From positions 1-64,000 of the IMG/VR virus record IMGVR_UViG_3300033069_001711: 64,000 nt of DNA; one strand, given 5' to 3'. Made by a program: the position numbers and the translations under genes. This stretch comes from a virus (taxonomy: Duplodnaviria; Caudoviricetes). The first letter of the stretch is position 1; every line of letters begins with the position of its first letter. Positions 20,789 to 28,462 of the stretch are shown here, one piece after another. The notes beneath the pieces were generated by a model. It saw only the letters and a list, made by a program, of their open reading frames with translations, made no database searches and was not told the origin of the DNA.

Positions 20789-20900
20789 ATGTTTATTGTG
20801 TTTTCCTATCGGTTTCTTGTACACCGATCTACTCTGGTTGACAGTATAACCATCTAGTGACGGATGACTAATGCAAGACAACAAGAGAAGACTTAAAGTA

Positions 20901-21155
20901 ATGCAGACTAAAGAGGCGACAAAAGTCCTCGATGGAACAACGTGTTTTGCAGTTCATGCCAAAGCAGGCGTTGATTGTCAACGTAAACGGTGTCAACATT
21001 GGATCGATCATTCAGAAGGACACAATTGTGTCATGATCGCGGTGCAAGACGGCCCTCATACCTTGCAACAAATTGGTCAAATCTATGGATTGACACGAAT
21101 GAGAATTTGTCAGGTTGAAAAGAGTATCTTTGAAAAGATTCGAAAAGTCAGCTAG
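20901..21155 (+). CDS. Stand-alone sigma-70 region 4-like HTH with Cys/His-rich N-terminus
   Basis: HTLQQIGQIYGLTRMRICQVEKSIFEKIR matches the sigma-4 pattern TLEEIG..FGVTRERIRQIE; CFAVH...CQRKRCQH...HNC. Confidence 0.65.
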   Translation: MQTKEATKVLDGTTCFAVHAKAGVDCQRKRCQHWIDHSEGHNCVMIAVQDGPHTLQQIGQIYGLTRMRICQVEKSIFEKIRKVS

Positions 21156-21525
21156 AAGGTTTGTCTTCTGATTTCTTTGAATCTTTTTCTTTGACAGTTT
21201 TTTCCACAGATTTCTCTGCTTTTTTAGCATCTGTCTTTTTAGTTTCAGGTTTTACAGCCACGATTGGTTGAGTTGTTTCTTCAACATTGGATGCTGTGAC
21301 CTGTTCAATTTCGAGCTCTTGTTGAGAAACAACTTCTTCCGGCGCTGGTGTTGGCTCTACGACTGGCACATTGTTTTGTTCAGGTTCAGTTTGCGCCGGT
21401 TCAACTACTGAGTCTGTAGATGTTTCCAGACGTTTGTATCGTGCGTTAATAACATGAGCCTCTGACGGATCAAGACCTAGTTCCATAATGTCAGTAAGAA
21501 TCGCTCGTTGAGTACGTGTTGCCAT
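21148..21525 (-). CDS. Acidic/low-complexity hypothetical protein (125 aa)
   Basis: Glu/Pro/Thr-rich; AGGAG and CTATTTAA upstream. Confidence 0.55.
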   Translation of the reverse strand: MATRTQRAILTDIMELGLDPSEAHVINARYKRLETSTDSVVEPAQTEPEQNNVPVVEPTPAPEEVVSQQELEIEQVTASNVEETTQPIVAVKPETKKTDAKKAEKSVEKTVKEKDSKKSEDKPSS

Positions 21526-21546
21526 GTCTTGTGTTGTCTCCTGAGG

Positions 21547-21554
21547 TTAAATAG
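21547..21554 (-). promoter_or_regulatory. Candidate late promoter CTATTTAA
   Basis: Lies just downstream of a terminator and 21 nt upstream of the ATG at 21525. Confidence 0.4.
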
Positions 21555-21569
21555 GTTGCTAGAAACGAC

Positions 21570-21598
21570 GAAGCCCCAGCATACATGCTGAGGCCTTC
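21570..21598 (-). terminator. Probable intrinsic terminator after the Hc1 gene
   Basis: Minus-strand GAAG(G)CCTCAGCAT-GT-ATGCTGGGG-CTTC stem followed by GTCGTTTCT (weak U tract). Confidence 0.5.
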
Positions 21599-21620
21599 AT
21601 CATTGGTTTATTTGGTCTTT

Positions 21621-21854
21621 TCAGGCCTTAGGCTTCTTTGCCCGAGGTGGCTTTGTCGCGCGCTTTGACTTGTCAAGATCTACCGTCGTCTTTACGAGTT
21701 CAGCAGCCTTGGTTTTCAAATCACGCAAACCTTTTCGAGCTCGAACACCTGCTGCTGCAACTCCTTTTGCGTTCTTGACAACGTCAAGTTCAAGAGTATC
21801 AACAAGCGCCTTCAATTCCGTCCATTTTGCAATGACTGGGTTATCAGATTCCAT
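21621..21854 (-). CDS. Histone H1-like nucleoid protein Hc1
   Basis: KGVAAAGVRARKGLRDLK matches the Hc1 core GNKAAGTRARK; Lys/Pro tail; SD AGGAGG. Confidence 0.75.
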   Translation of the reverse strand: MESDNPVIAKWTELKALVDTLELDVVKNAKGVAAAGVRARKGLRDLKTKAAELVKTTVDLDKSKRATKPPRAKKPKA

Positions 21855-21873
21855 CTATTCATTACCTCCTACG

Positions 21874-21881
21874 ATAAGTAT
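21874..21881 (-). promoter_or_regulatory. Candidate late promoter variant ATACTTAT
   Basis: Immediately upstream of the Hc1 SD sequence. Confidence 0.35.
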
Positions 21882-21934
21882 ATCGCTCAGAGAGTGTCGT
21901 AAAACAAATGGTGCCTCTAGCGCGCTCTACGAGG

Positions 21935-23635
21935 TTATGTCAATGCAGCTGAAAATTCATCTGGGAACATCGAGCGATTGGTCTTAAAAAATCTTTCCCA
22001 ATCTGAATCTAGGATGTATGAAATTGCATGATCATCAAAATTTCTGATCGATCGACCAAAGGCTTGAATGACAGCTCTAGCTGTCTGACACTGATACCAA
22101 TTGAGGATTCGATTTTTTCTCAATTGAATGACCTTGTCACCCAAGTATGGAAAAGGTACCTTACAAAGAATCTGAAAGCGACTATAGTCGTCAGACAAAT
22201 CGACGCCTTCCATCATTGATGGGCTGATCAACACTGTTGGGTCTGGCGAAGACAGATGAAATTCGATCATCTGTTCGCGATTTTCACTACCGTGGAGTAA
22301 TAAGCGAGGTGATTTAATTGTGTCGACAATCTCTTTAGCGATTCTGTAATTGACACAATGAATGATGCCTTTGTCCTTCTTGTGAAGTTCAAGAAGTTGT
22401 TTGACCACTTTGATCATGTTTGGTAACGTGGTATCGATGTTGTCCTTCGACATGCTTCCCACTCCCAAATAATGAATTGGTCTATTTTTCACCGGAAAAG
22501 GTGAAGGAATGTGAAGAAATGCTACATCTTCTGCAGGAACTCCCACAGATTTACAGAAGGTTTCTTTGTCCACCACGGTTGCAGACATCATAACAATGCG
22601 ACTGCCGTACTTGTAAAGTAAGTCGCTGCCCCAAGATGAAACGTCTATCGGTTTGAATTCAAACTTGCGGCCGCCACGAGTTTCTCCAGGAGGTGGTCTG
22701 ACAAAATTCATGATCCAATTGTCAGGACTATAGACTTCAATGAATCGATTGACTTTGCACATGTGCTTATCAAGCATCTCGTACTTCTTTGAGTACTCAG
22801 TCAATTCCGGACTTCCATCAGCGCTGAAGTTTTCGTTTAACTTCTTTTCGATGGCATTCATATGCTTGCTCAAGGCACGTTTGTATCCATTTTTGATCCA
22901 GTCAAAAACAGACTCTGCAGAATCCAACCGCGGAATTTTACAGTTCAAAACTGTTTTTGCAAAACGTTCAGAAAAAGTCACTTCAATGAACTTGCCCAGT
23001 TCATTCTCGATGTTATGACATTCATCAATGACTAAAAGACTTCGTGCACGCAATTGTTTAGCATACATTGTCTCGGCGAGAAAATAGGAAAAGTTGGTAA
23101 TTCCAATTGGAAATTCCATGAATTCCTGTTTGTCAAGTGTGTATGGACAGCTTCCTCGACAACACTTGAAAAATTCAGTGCCTGCAAGTTGCTGGCCCAT
23201 TTGTTTGAGAAGTCGCCGAGATTCTGCACAACTTTGATCATTGTAGAATCTACATTGATAGTTGTTAGCTGATTTCAAGGACCTCATCAGATTTTTACCA
23301 GATGATGGACCAAAGTCATCCATGTATTGTGCTTGAAGAATTTTCTGTGTGGTCAGGATATAACTGCCTGTCGTATCAACAGGATCACCATTTTCCTGAT
23401 CAGAAACGGATGGAGCATATGTCACTCCACCATGTTCAGCAAGGTACCTTGACAGGGTAATTCCGATGGCTGATTTGCCAACACCGGTCCCAAGTTCTAA
23501 AATGACGAAGCGTTTCTTTTGAACTAAAAAAGCATCAAGCGCGAACTCAATTGCCTTTCGTTGTTCATCCCGAATGTTAGAAAATGGAAAAAATGGGACA
23601 TAATCGGGAAGTGTCATCTCTGCCCAATGTAACAT
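21935..23635 (-). CDS. DinG/XPD-family SF2 DNA helicase
   Basis: Q motif IRDEQ; Walker A ELGTGVGKS; DECH; EGVDL; KVPFP; QAFGRSIR; Cys cluster compatible with an Fe-S site. Start may be 23617. Confidence 0.85.
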   Translation of the reverse strand: MLHWAEMTLPDYVPFFPFSNIRDEQRKAIEFALDAFLVQKKRFVILELGTGVGKSAIGITLSRYLAEHGGVTYAPSVSDQENGDPVDTTGSYILTTQKILQAQYMDDFGPSSGKNLMRSLKSANNYQCRFYNDQSCAESRRLLKQMGQQLAGTEFFKCCRGSCPYTLDKQEFMEFPIGITNFSYFLAETMYAKQLRARSLLVIDECHNIENELGKFIEVTFSERFAKTVLNCKIPRLDSAESVFDWIKNGYKRALSKHMNAIEKKLNENFSADGSPELTEYSKKYEMLDKHMCKVNRFIEVYSPDNWIMNFVRPPPGETRGGRKFEFKPIDVSSWGSDLLYKYGSRIVMMSATVVDKETFCKSVGVPAEDVAFLHIPSPFPVKNRPIHYLGVGSMSKDNIDTTLPNMIKVVKQLLELHKKDKGIIHCVNYRIAKEIVDTIKSPRLLLHGSENREQMIEFHLSSPDPTVLISPSMMEGVDLSDDYSRFQILCKVPFPYLGDKVIQLRKNRILNWYQCQTARAVIQAFGRSIRNFDDHAISYILDSDWERFFKTNRSMFPDEFSAALT

Positions 23636-23646
23636 TCACCATCAGA

Positions 23647-23675
23647 ATTCTACACATGTCTTCAATCAGCGCCAA
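23647..23675 (-). promoter_or_regulatory. Candidate sigma-70-like promoter TTGGCG-N17-TAGAAT for the helicase
   Basis: Read directly on the minus strand upstream of the helicase start. Confidence 0.35.
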
Positions 23676-24291
23676 TGATCTTGTCGACAATTCCCATTTT
23701 GACTGCTTCTTTAGCCGTTAGAAAATAGTCAACCTTGGGATCCATGATTTTCTCTATTGTTGCTTTTGACATCTTGGTTTCTTTTGCCAGTAATGAAACC
23801 ATCAAGTCTTGAAGTCGCCGCTGTTCTTTTGATTGATTTTCAACTTCAAAAACGTTGCCATAAACTCCACCTGAAACGGCATGCATCATGATACGAGAAC
23901 TTCCCCCCATCAGGCGCTTACCTTTCACGCCGGAGGCTAGTAATAACACACCTGCAGACATGATTTTTCCTAGGCCCACCGTGTGGACTGGACAAGGCAA
24001 AAATTTGATGGTGTCATACAAGCTAAACATCTCGTCTATTGATCCGCCATACGTCGACACGATGAGATAAATCGGGTTGTTGTTGATGTTTGCTAACACT
24101 AACAACTGCGCAATGACGTTGGAGATTGAGTGTTCAGTCACATCGCCGTGAAGAAAAACAAGCCTGGAGTTACCTGCTTGCACATTAAGCAGTTGCTCTA
24201 GTCCTTCAATTCCCGGTTCCAGATTTTCTACCCTGTTTTCACTAGGGGATTTGTGTTCAACGGCTCGTGCTTCAAATGTCTGTCTACCCAT
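23662..24291 (-). CDS. clpP: ClpP-like protease subunit
   Basis: STYGGS, catalytic Ser in IMSAG, His in RIMMH, DYFLTAKEAVKMGIVDKI. Confidence 0.85.
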   Translation of the reverse strand: MGRQTFEARAVEHKSPSENRVENLEPGIEGLEQLLNVQAGNSRLVFLHGDVTEHSISNVIAQLLVLANINNNPIYLIVSTYGGSIDEMFSLYDTIKFLPCPVHTVGLGKIMSAGVLLLASGVKGKRLMGGSSRIMMHAVSGGVYGNVFEVENQSKEQRRLQDLMVSLLAKETKMSKATIEKIMDPKVDYFLTAKEAVKMGIVDKIIGAD

Positions 24292-24550
24292 TGTTTTCTC
24301 CGTTGATTTCAGAATCTGGTTCGACTGCCCCTATTAGGAACATGTCAGGTTGAAGTTCACGCGTCAGACGTGTGATGGCACGCATGTGCTCAACATTTTC
24401 TAGTTCAGAAGCCAACAAATGAATGATCAACATTGCTTGACGCTGTGTAATTCCAAAGTTGTTGATTTCTTTGATGATATCTCTACAAGTACGATTTTCT
24501 TCAGCCTGTTTTTCTGACTGTGCTTGGCCGTAAAGAGTTGTGGTTGACAT
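24284..24550 (-). CDS. Hypothetical protein (88 aa)
   Basis: Coupled ORF in the operon. Confidence 0.55.
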   Translation of the reverse strand: MSTTTLYGQAQSEKQAEENRTCRDIIKEINNFGITQRQAMLIIHLLASELENVEHMRAITRLTRELQPDMFLIGAVEPDSEINGENNG

Positions 24551-25014
24551 CAGATTACCTCGTCTCTAGAAAATGACTCAACCTTGAAAAGGTTTTCACC
24601 CATAATTCGTACGTACTTTCCTTGTTTTGTGCCAGATTCTTCATCAGTGGACAAAACAACAAATGATCCCCATTGTTTGTTTTCTACAATGAATGCTGCA
24701 AATTCCCACGTAGCAAGATCAACATCATTGGTCTCCAGCAATCTCACCAAATTGGTAGGCAAGCTAGCTTTTACGTCATCAATGGTCAAAATTGATCCCA
24801 TTGCATCTTTGCCTTGAATGATCTCTGTTCTACAGATGTCAATCACTTTGTGAACGATTCCACAATTATTGCACTGTGAAAATTTATGTTTCACTGTGCC
24901 GTCATCATTGATCTCCGAAAAAACAACAAATTGATGATTAGGGGGATCATCCATTCTCTTAAATTGAGGAAGGATACATCTGCACGTAATCAAATGTTTT
25001 TGGCCACTTGGCAT
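24550..25014 (-). CDS. Hypothetical protein with possible Zn site (CRC...CNNC)
   Basis: Coupled ORF; Cys pairs. Confidence 0.55.
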   Translation of the reverse strand: MPSGQKHLITCRCILPQFKRMDDPPNHQFVVFSEINDDGTVKHKFSQCNNCGIVHKVIDICRTEIIQGKDAMGSILTIDDVKASLPTNLVRLLETNDVDLATWEFAAFIVENKQWGSFVVLSTDEESGTKQGKYVRIMGENLFKVESFSRDEVI

Positions 25015-25070
25015 TCATTCCACCATCTTACGCATTGATAAGCGATTTAACCAACGCCACAATCGAAAAC

Positions 25071-25340
25071 TCAGACTGTTGGTGATTTCTTTTTTTTAGT
25101 CGTTTCTACGTCGTCAATGACTTTATCGACTTCTCTCAAGAAATTTTTTGAACATCTTTGAAATCCAGAGTCGATGGAACCGTTTATGATCGCAATCAAA
25201 TGTTCCAATTGGACGCCTTTTATGTCAACTTGGCCAGATTGTGACGCTTGAACGATATTGTTAGCCACGGCATCTCGAATACTTTCGACGACGACCCAGG
25301 TGGCTTTGTTAATTTGATCACGAGGATTCATCTTGTTCAT
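25071..25340 (-). CDS. Hypothetical protein (89 aa)
   Basis: AGGAG upstream; divergent from 25404. Confidence 0.55.
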   Translation of the reverse strand: MNKMNPRDQINKATWVVVESIRDAVANNIVQASQSGQVDIKGVQLEHLIAIINGSIDSGFQRCSKNFLREVDKVIDDVETTKKKKSPTV

Positions 25341-25403
25341 GGAACTCCTAACTCAGACTCTACTAGCATACTTAGATGTAGTAAACAACGGAGTGAACTA
25401 AAT

Positions 25404-26615
25404 ATGGCACGATCGCTCAAAGAAGGGTACCAGGCACGTAAACTGCGAGCCCTCAAAGAACATGCAATTGAACTTGACCGTCAGATGCTTCATGAAACAA
25501 GGGTCGCGAACACTTTGTTAGAAGCTATGGATCAGAGCGATCTAGACAAAGTCAGTAAGATCATTGAAAAACTGGAACGCATCAAAAACGCAGTTGTTGA
25601 TCTGAAATCACTGAAAAAGGGCATTGAAGCCGCGCAGAATGAGCTCAACAAGTACACCGCAGGTGGACCAATAACCAAAGCATGGACTAAGTTGAAAGGA
25701 AAAGTAGGCATCGACAATCCAGTTGTCAAGATCACTACTTTTGCAAATGCTTTAGAACAAGGATTTGGACAATTGCCACAAATCTTGAAAAATAGTGGAA
25801 TAGATCCGGCTAAACTCAAAGATCAAGCAGATACCATGACGTTGTCAGACGCTATTACTCAGCAATTCGTCAAACAGCGTGATCCTACAGCTGACGCATT
25901 AAAAAAGACGATTCCTAACAAGAAACCAGCTGATATGAATCTTGAAGCTGATGGTGATATTACCGCAGACGACGTAGAAGCAAACGCGGCCGCCGCAGGT
26001 AGCAAAGAAGCACAAAAGAAACTAAAAATCTTGGTTTCATCTTTACAGAAAGCTTTGACACCTGGAGGTGTTTTTGGCGCTTTCAAAAAAGTTCCTTACG
26101 TAGACACTTCGACGCTAGTGAAAGAACTTGCAACAGTCGCCAAAGTCAATGAGCTTCTTAGCATCTTCCGTGCCATCAAAGAAGGTCCTCAAACTGGTGA
26201 GATCGCCGCTGACATCAAACAAAATATCGCCGGTGGAAGTGGGGACGTCGGTTCGGCAAGCACTAGCCCAACCGGTTCTTCGAAACCCACCGGTCAATCG
26301 ACGCCATCTTCGCCAACAGAACCAGCAGTTCCAGGTGGAAGTCCTTCAACACCTACTGGAGCAAAAACACCTGATGCACCCGGTGAAAAAGGCGGGGGAG
26401 GGGCTGAGCCCGAAGACGACAAAGTCAAACAAAAGAAAGCTAGTGACTTGGGCTCTCAACTCGCCAGCATTTTCAAAGGCAATTCAGTCGAACCTGAGGT
26501 TTTAGGAAAGATATTGATGGATTCAGGTTTGAATGTCGATGAATTGATGAAAAATATTGCTTCTCATAAGGCTCAAAAAGATGCTGGCAAAAAACCTAAG
26601 CCGGCAGCAGTTTAA
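25404..26615 (+). CDS. Hypothetical coiled-coil protein with Ser/Thr/Pro/Gly linker
   Basis: Start reassigned to ATG 25404 (MARSLKEG; GGAG upstream; ATACTTAG at 25368-25375), which removes the overlap with 25071..25340. Confidence 0.6.
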   Translation: MARSLKEGYQARKLRALKEHAIELDRQMLHETRVANTLLEAMDQSDLDKVSKIIEKLERIKNAVVDLKSLKKGIEAAQNELNKYTAGGPITKAWTKLKGKVGIDNPVVKITTFANALEQGFGQLPQILKNSGIDPAKLKDQADTMTLSDAITQQFVKQRDPTADALKKTIPNKKPADMNLEADGDITADDVEANAAAAGSKEAQKKLKILVSSLQKALTPGGVFGAFKKVPYVDTSTLVKELATVAKVNELLSIFRAIKEGPQTGEIAADIKQNIAGGSGDVGSASTSPTGSSKPTGQSTPSSPTEPAVPGGSPSTPTGAKTPDAPGEKGGGGAEPEDDKVKQKKASDLGSQLASIFKGNSVEPEVLGKILMDSGLNVDELMKNIASHKAQKDAGKKPKPAAV

Positions 26616-27796
26616 GCCTTGACATAAGCACCCAGTGACGATAACATCTGCATGCATCTTTTTGCATGCAGACCTGAAGCCATTTCTGTGGAAGCAAGTC
26701 GACCATCAATAAGACCATGATCAACTGATGATCTAACCGCTCTTAGAGCGTAATCAATCGATTGTGATCGAACAACAAAATCTTTGTCATCTGGAAGTCT
26801 GATTACGACATGATTAGGTGACAAAGATCTGATTCTGTTGTCTAGCAACTTTCCGACATCGTCAATTTGTTCTAAATTTCTACGTTCACGTAGATGCATT
26901 ACTAATGTCGAAACTGACTTACGAGTTTTAGTGTGAGATATCACTACTTTACCTTTGAACACAGTCACTTGTTCAACTATGGGTTGTTCGTTGAACTTGA
27001 TAGCGCTAATCAACTCGCCTTTCAAACTAGACACTAAATTTGCGCCTGACACGGTGGCAATATCAACCAAAGTGTTCATTCCGTCGAGGTCAAATCGAAC
27101 GCCAATTGGCAGCACTTTTAAACTGCCACGATCATAATTGACTCGCAAAGTCTGTTTAACGTCATCTGAGATTCCTCTAACGAACAAGAGACATGGCTCT
27201 TTGGCTTCAGATATAGCCTCAAGCAAATGATGAATTTCAGAAACACTTTCAATGATGCCATCGATGCAGACGATTCTTGGATTTGTGAAGCTAGCGTCGA
27301 TGTTTAACAATGATTGCAATTGAAAAGTGTAACCTCTCACTAACTCAACTGAAGGCGTTAGCGAAGATGTTTTTTCAACAATGATTCGACCAGCAAATCC
27401 AGCCAACCGAGTGGCGTCACTAACAATTCCAGATATCAAAGCTGAAGAAGAGTATTGTGATATCAATGATTCGATATCATTCAATGTCGTTGTGGCCGCA
27501 TGTACTTCTCTTGGTGTCGAGATCGCATGAGCGTCCATGGACAAAAGTTCAATGCAACGTTTAAATCCGCCAGGACCTAATTTTTCAGCTGCTAAAGCAC
27601 TAGTCATGATCAATTCATAAATTGATCGATCGATCTCTTGGTGGGGTTGTGCCTTGAATGCAATTTGCATGCGAGTAAACAACACAACCCGGTCCGTGGA
27701 AGTCAACGCTTTGTCAATTCCAAGCGATTTTATGTACGCTAAAACACGTCGAATTGATTTTTTCAATTCTGACTCTAGCAAGATCTCCTCACTCAT
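26612..27796 (-). CDS. Degenerate GroEL-like chaperonin (394 aa)
   Basis: Apical-domain motifs VELVRGYTF, NPRIVCIDG..ESVSEIHHLLE, TLRVN..RG, LVDIATVSGA; GDGTTT and N-terminal GPKG not recognisable. Confidence 0.75.
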   Translation of the reverse strand: MSEEILLESELKKSIRRVLAYIKSLGIDKALTSTDRVVLFTRMQIAFKAQPHQEIDRSIYELIMTSALAAEKLGPGGFKRCIELLSMDAHAISTPREVHAATTTLNDIESLISQYSSSALISGIVSDATRLAGFAGRIIVEKTSSLTPSVELVRGYTFQLQSLLNIDASFTNPRIVCIDGIIESVSEIHHLLEAISEAKEPCLLFVRGISDDVKQTLRVNYDRGSLKVLPIGVRFDLDGMNTLVDIATVSGANLVSSLKGELISAIKFNEQPIVEQVTVFKGKVVISHTKTRKSVSTLVMHLRERRNLEQIDDVGKLLDNRIRSLSPNHVVIRLPDDKDFVVRSQSIDYALRAVRSSVDHGLIDGRLASTEMASGLHAKRCMQMLSSLGAYVKA

Positions 27797-27811
27797 GAAG
27801 GAGATCTTATA

Positions 27812-28252
27812 TCATGGAGTGTAGTGGATGTGTCCTGAAATAAACGAATACACCAACTTGATAGCACCAGCCAGAATCGCAGTGCCTAAAATTCCACCAA
27901 ACCAGAGCAGCAATTTATTTGTTGCCTTGATCCAACCGGTATGTCCTTTGACAATTTGGTACAGACCAGTGTCTGGTTCGTAGACTGCAGTGTGAATTGC
28001 ATCCACTTTTTTGAAAGTCTCTTCTTGACTCTTGTTTAGTTGATCAGAAACAGACTCGATCTTGTTGACTTTTTGAACTAAATCATCAAACCCACCATTG
28101 AGAATGGGTGACTCTAACTTTTTTTCAACTCGTACTAGTACTTCGTCCTGCGCTTCAAGCATCGCAGTTGTTTGTTCCTCGAAAGTCGGACGGTGACGAA
28201 AACTTCTACGAAATGGAATTCTTCCTGCCATGTGAATTGAACTCTCGCGCAC
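27812..28252 (-). CDS. Coiled-coil protein with a single C-terminal TM helix (holin/XhlA-like topology)
   Basis: LLLWFGGILGTAILAGAIKLVYSFI; alternative start ATG 28231. Confidence 0.5.
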   Translation of the reverse strand: MRESSIHMAGRIPFRRSFRHRPTFEEQTTAMLEAQDEVLVRVEKKLESPILNGGFDDLVQKVNKIESVSDQLNKSQEETFKKVDAIHTAVYEPDTGLYQIVKGHTGWIKATNKLLLWFGGILGTAILAGAIKLVYSFISGHIHYTP

Positions 28253-28294
28253 ACGTTAAACTAGATCCACTAGTATTAATCTTTAACCCTGTCC

Positions 28295-28344
28295 TCTAGA
28301 TCTCTCTCTAGAGAATCTAGATCTCTTAATTTTCTTAAAGATCT
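28295..28344. repeat. TCTAGA/AGATCT palindrome cluster in the divergent intergenic region
   Basis: TCTAGATCTCT at 28295-28305 and 28316-28326; palindrome TCTCTAGAGA at 28305-28314; AGATCT at 28298, 28319, 28339. Confidence 0.7.
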
Positions 28345-28462
28345 AAGTTACAATCAAAATTTGGACATAGCACACTGGATCACTGTGATAGCGGTAAATA
28401 TCTTTAACGAGAGTTTATCACTACAGATGAACAGATTGATCAACATTAGCTAGAATGTAACG

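Noticed and set aside
25248-25403. N-terminal extensions in the ORF track (also 20789-20884, 37162-37227, 33046-33084, 51288-51305)
   Set aside because: They overlap neighbouring genes; downstream starts have SD sequences or stop-start coupling and match domain boundaries
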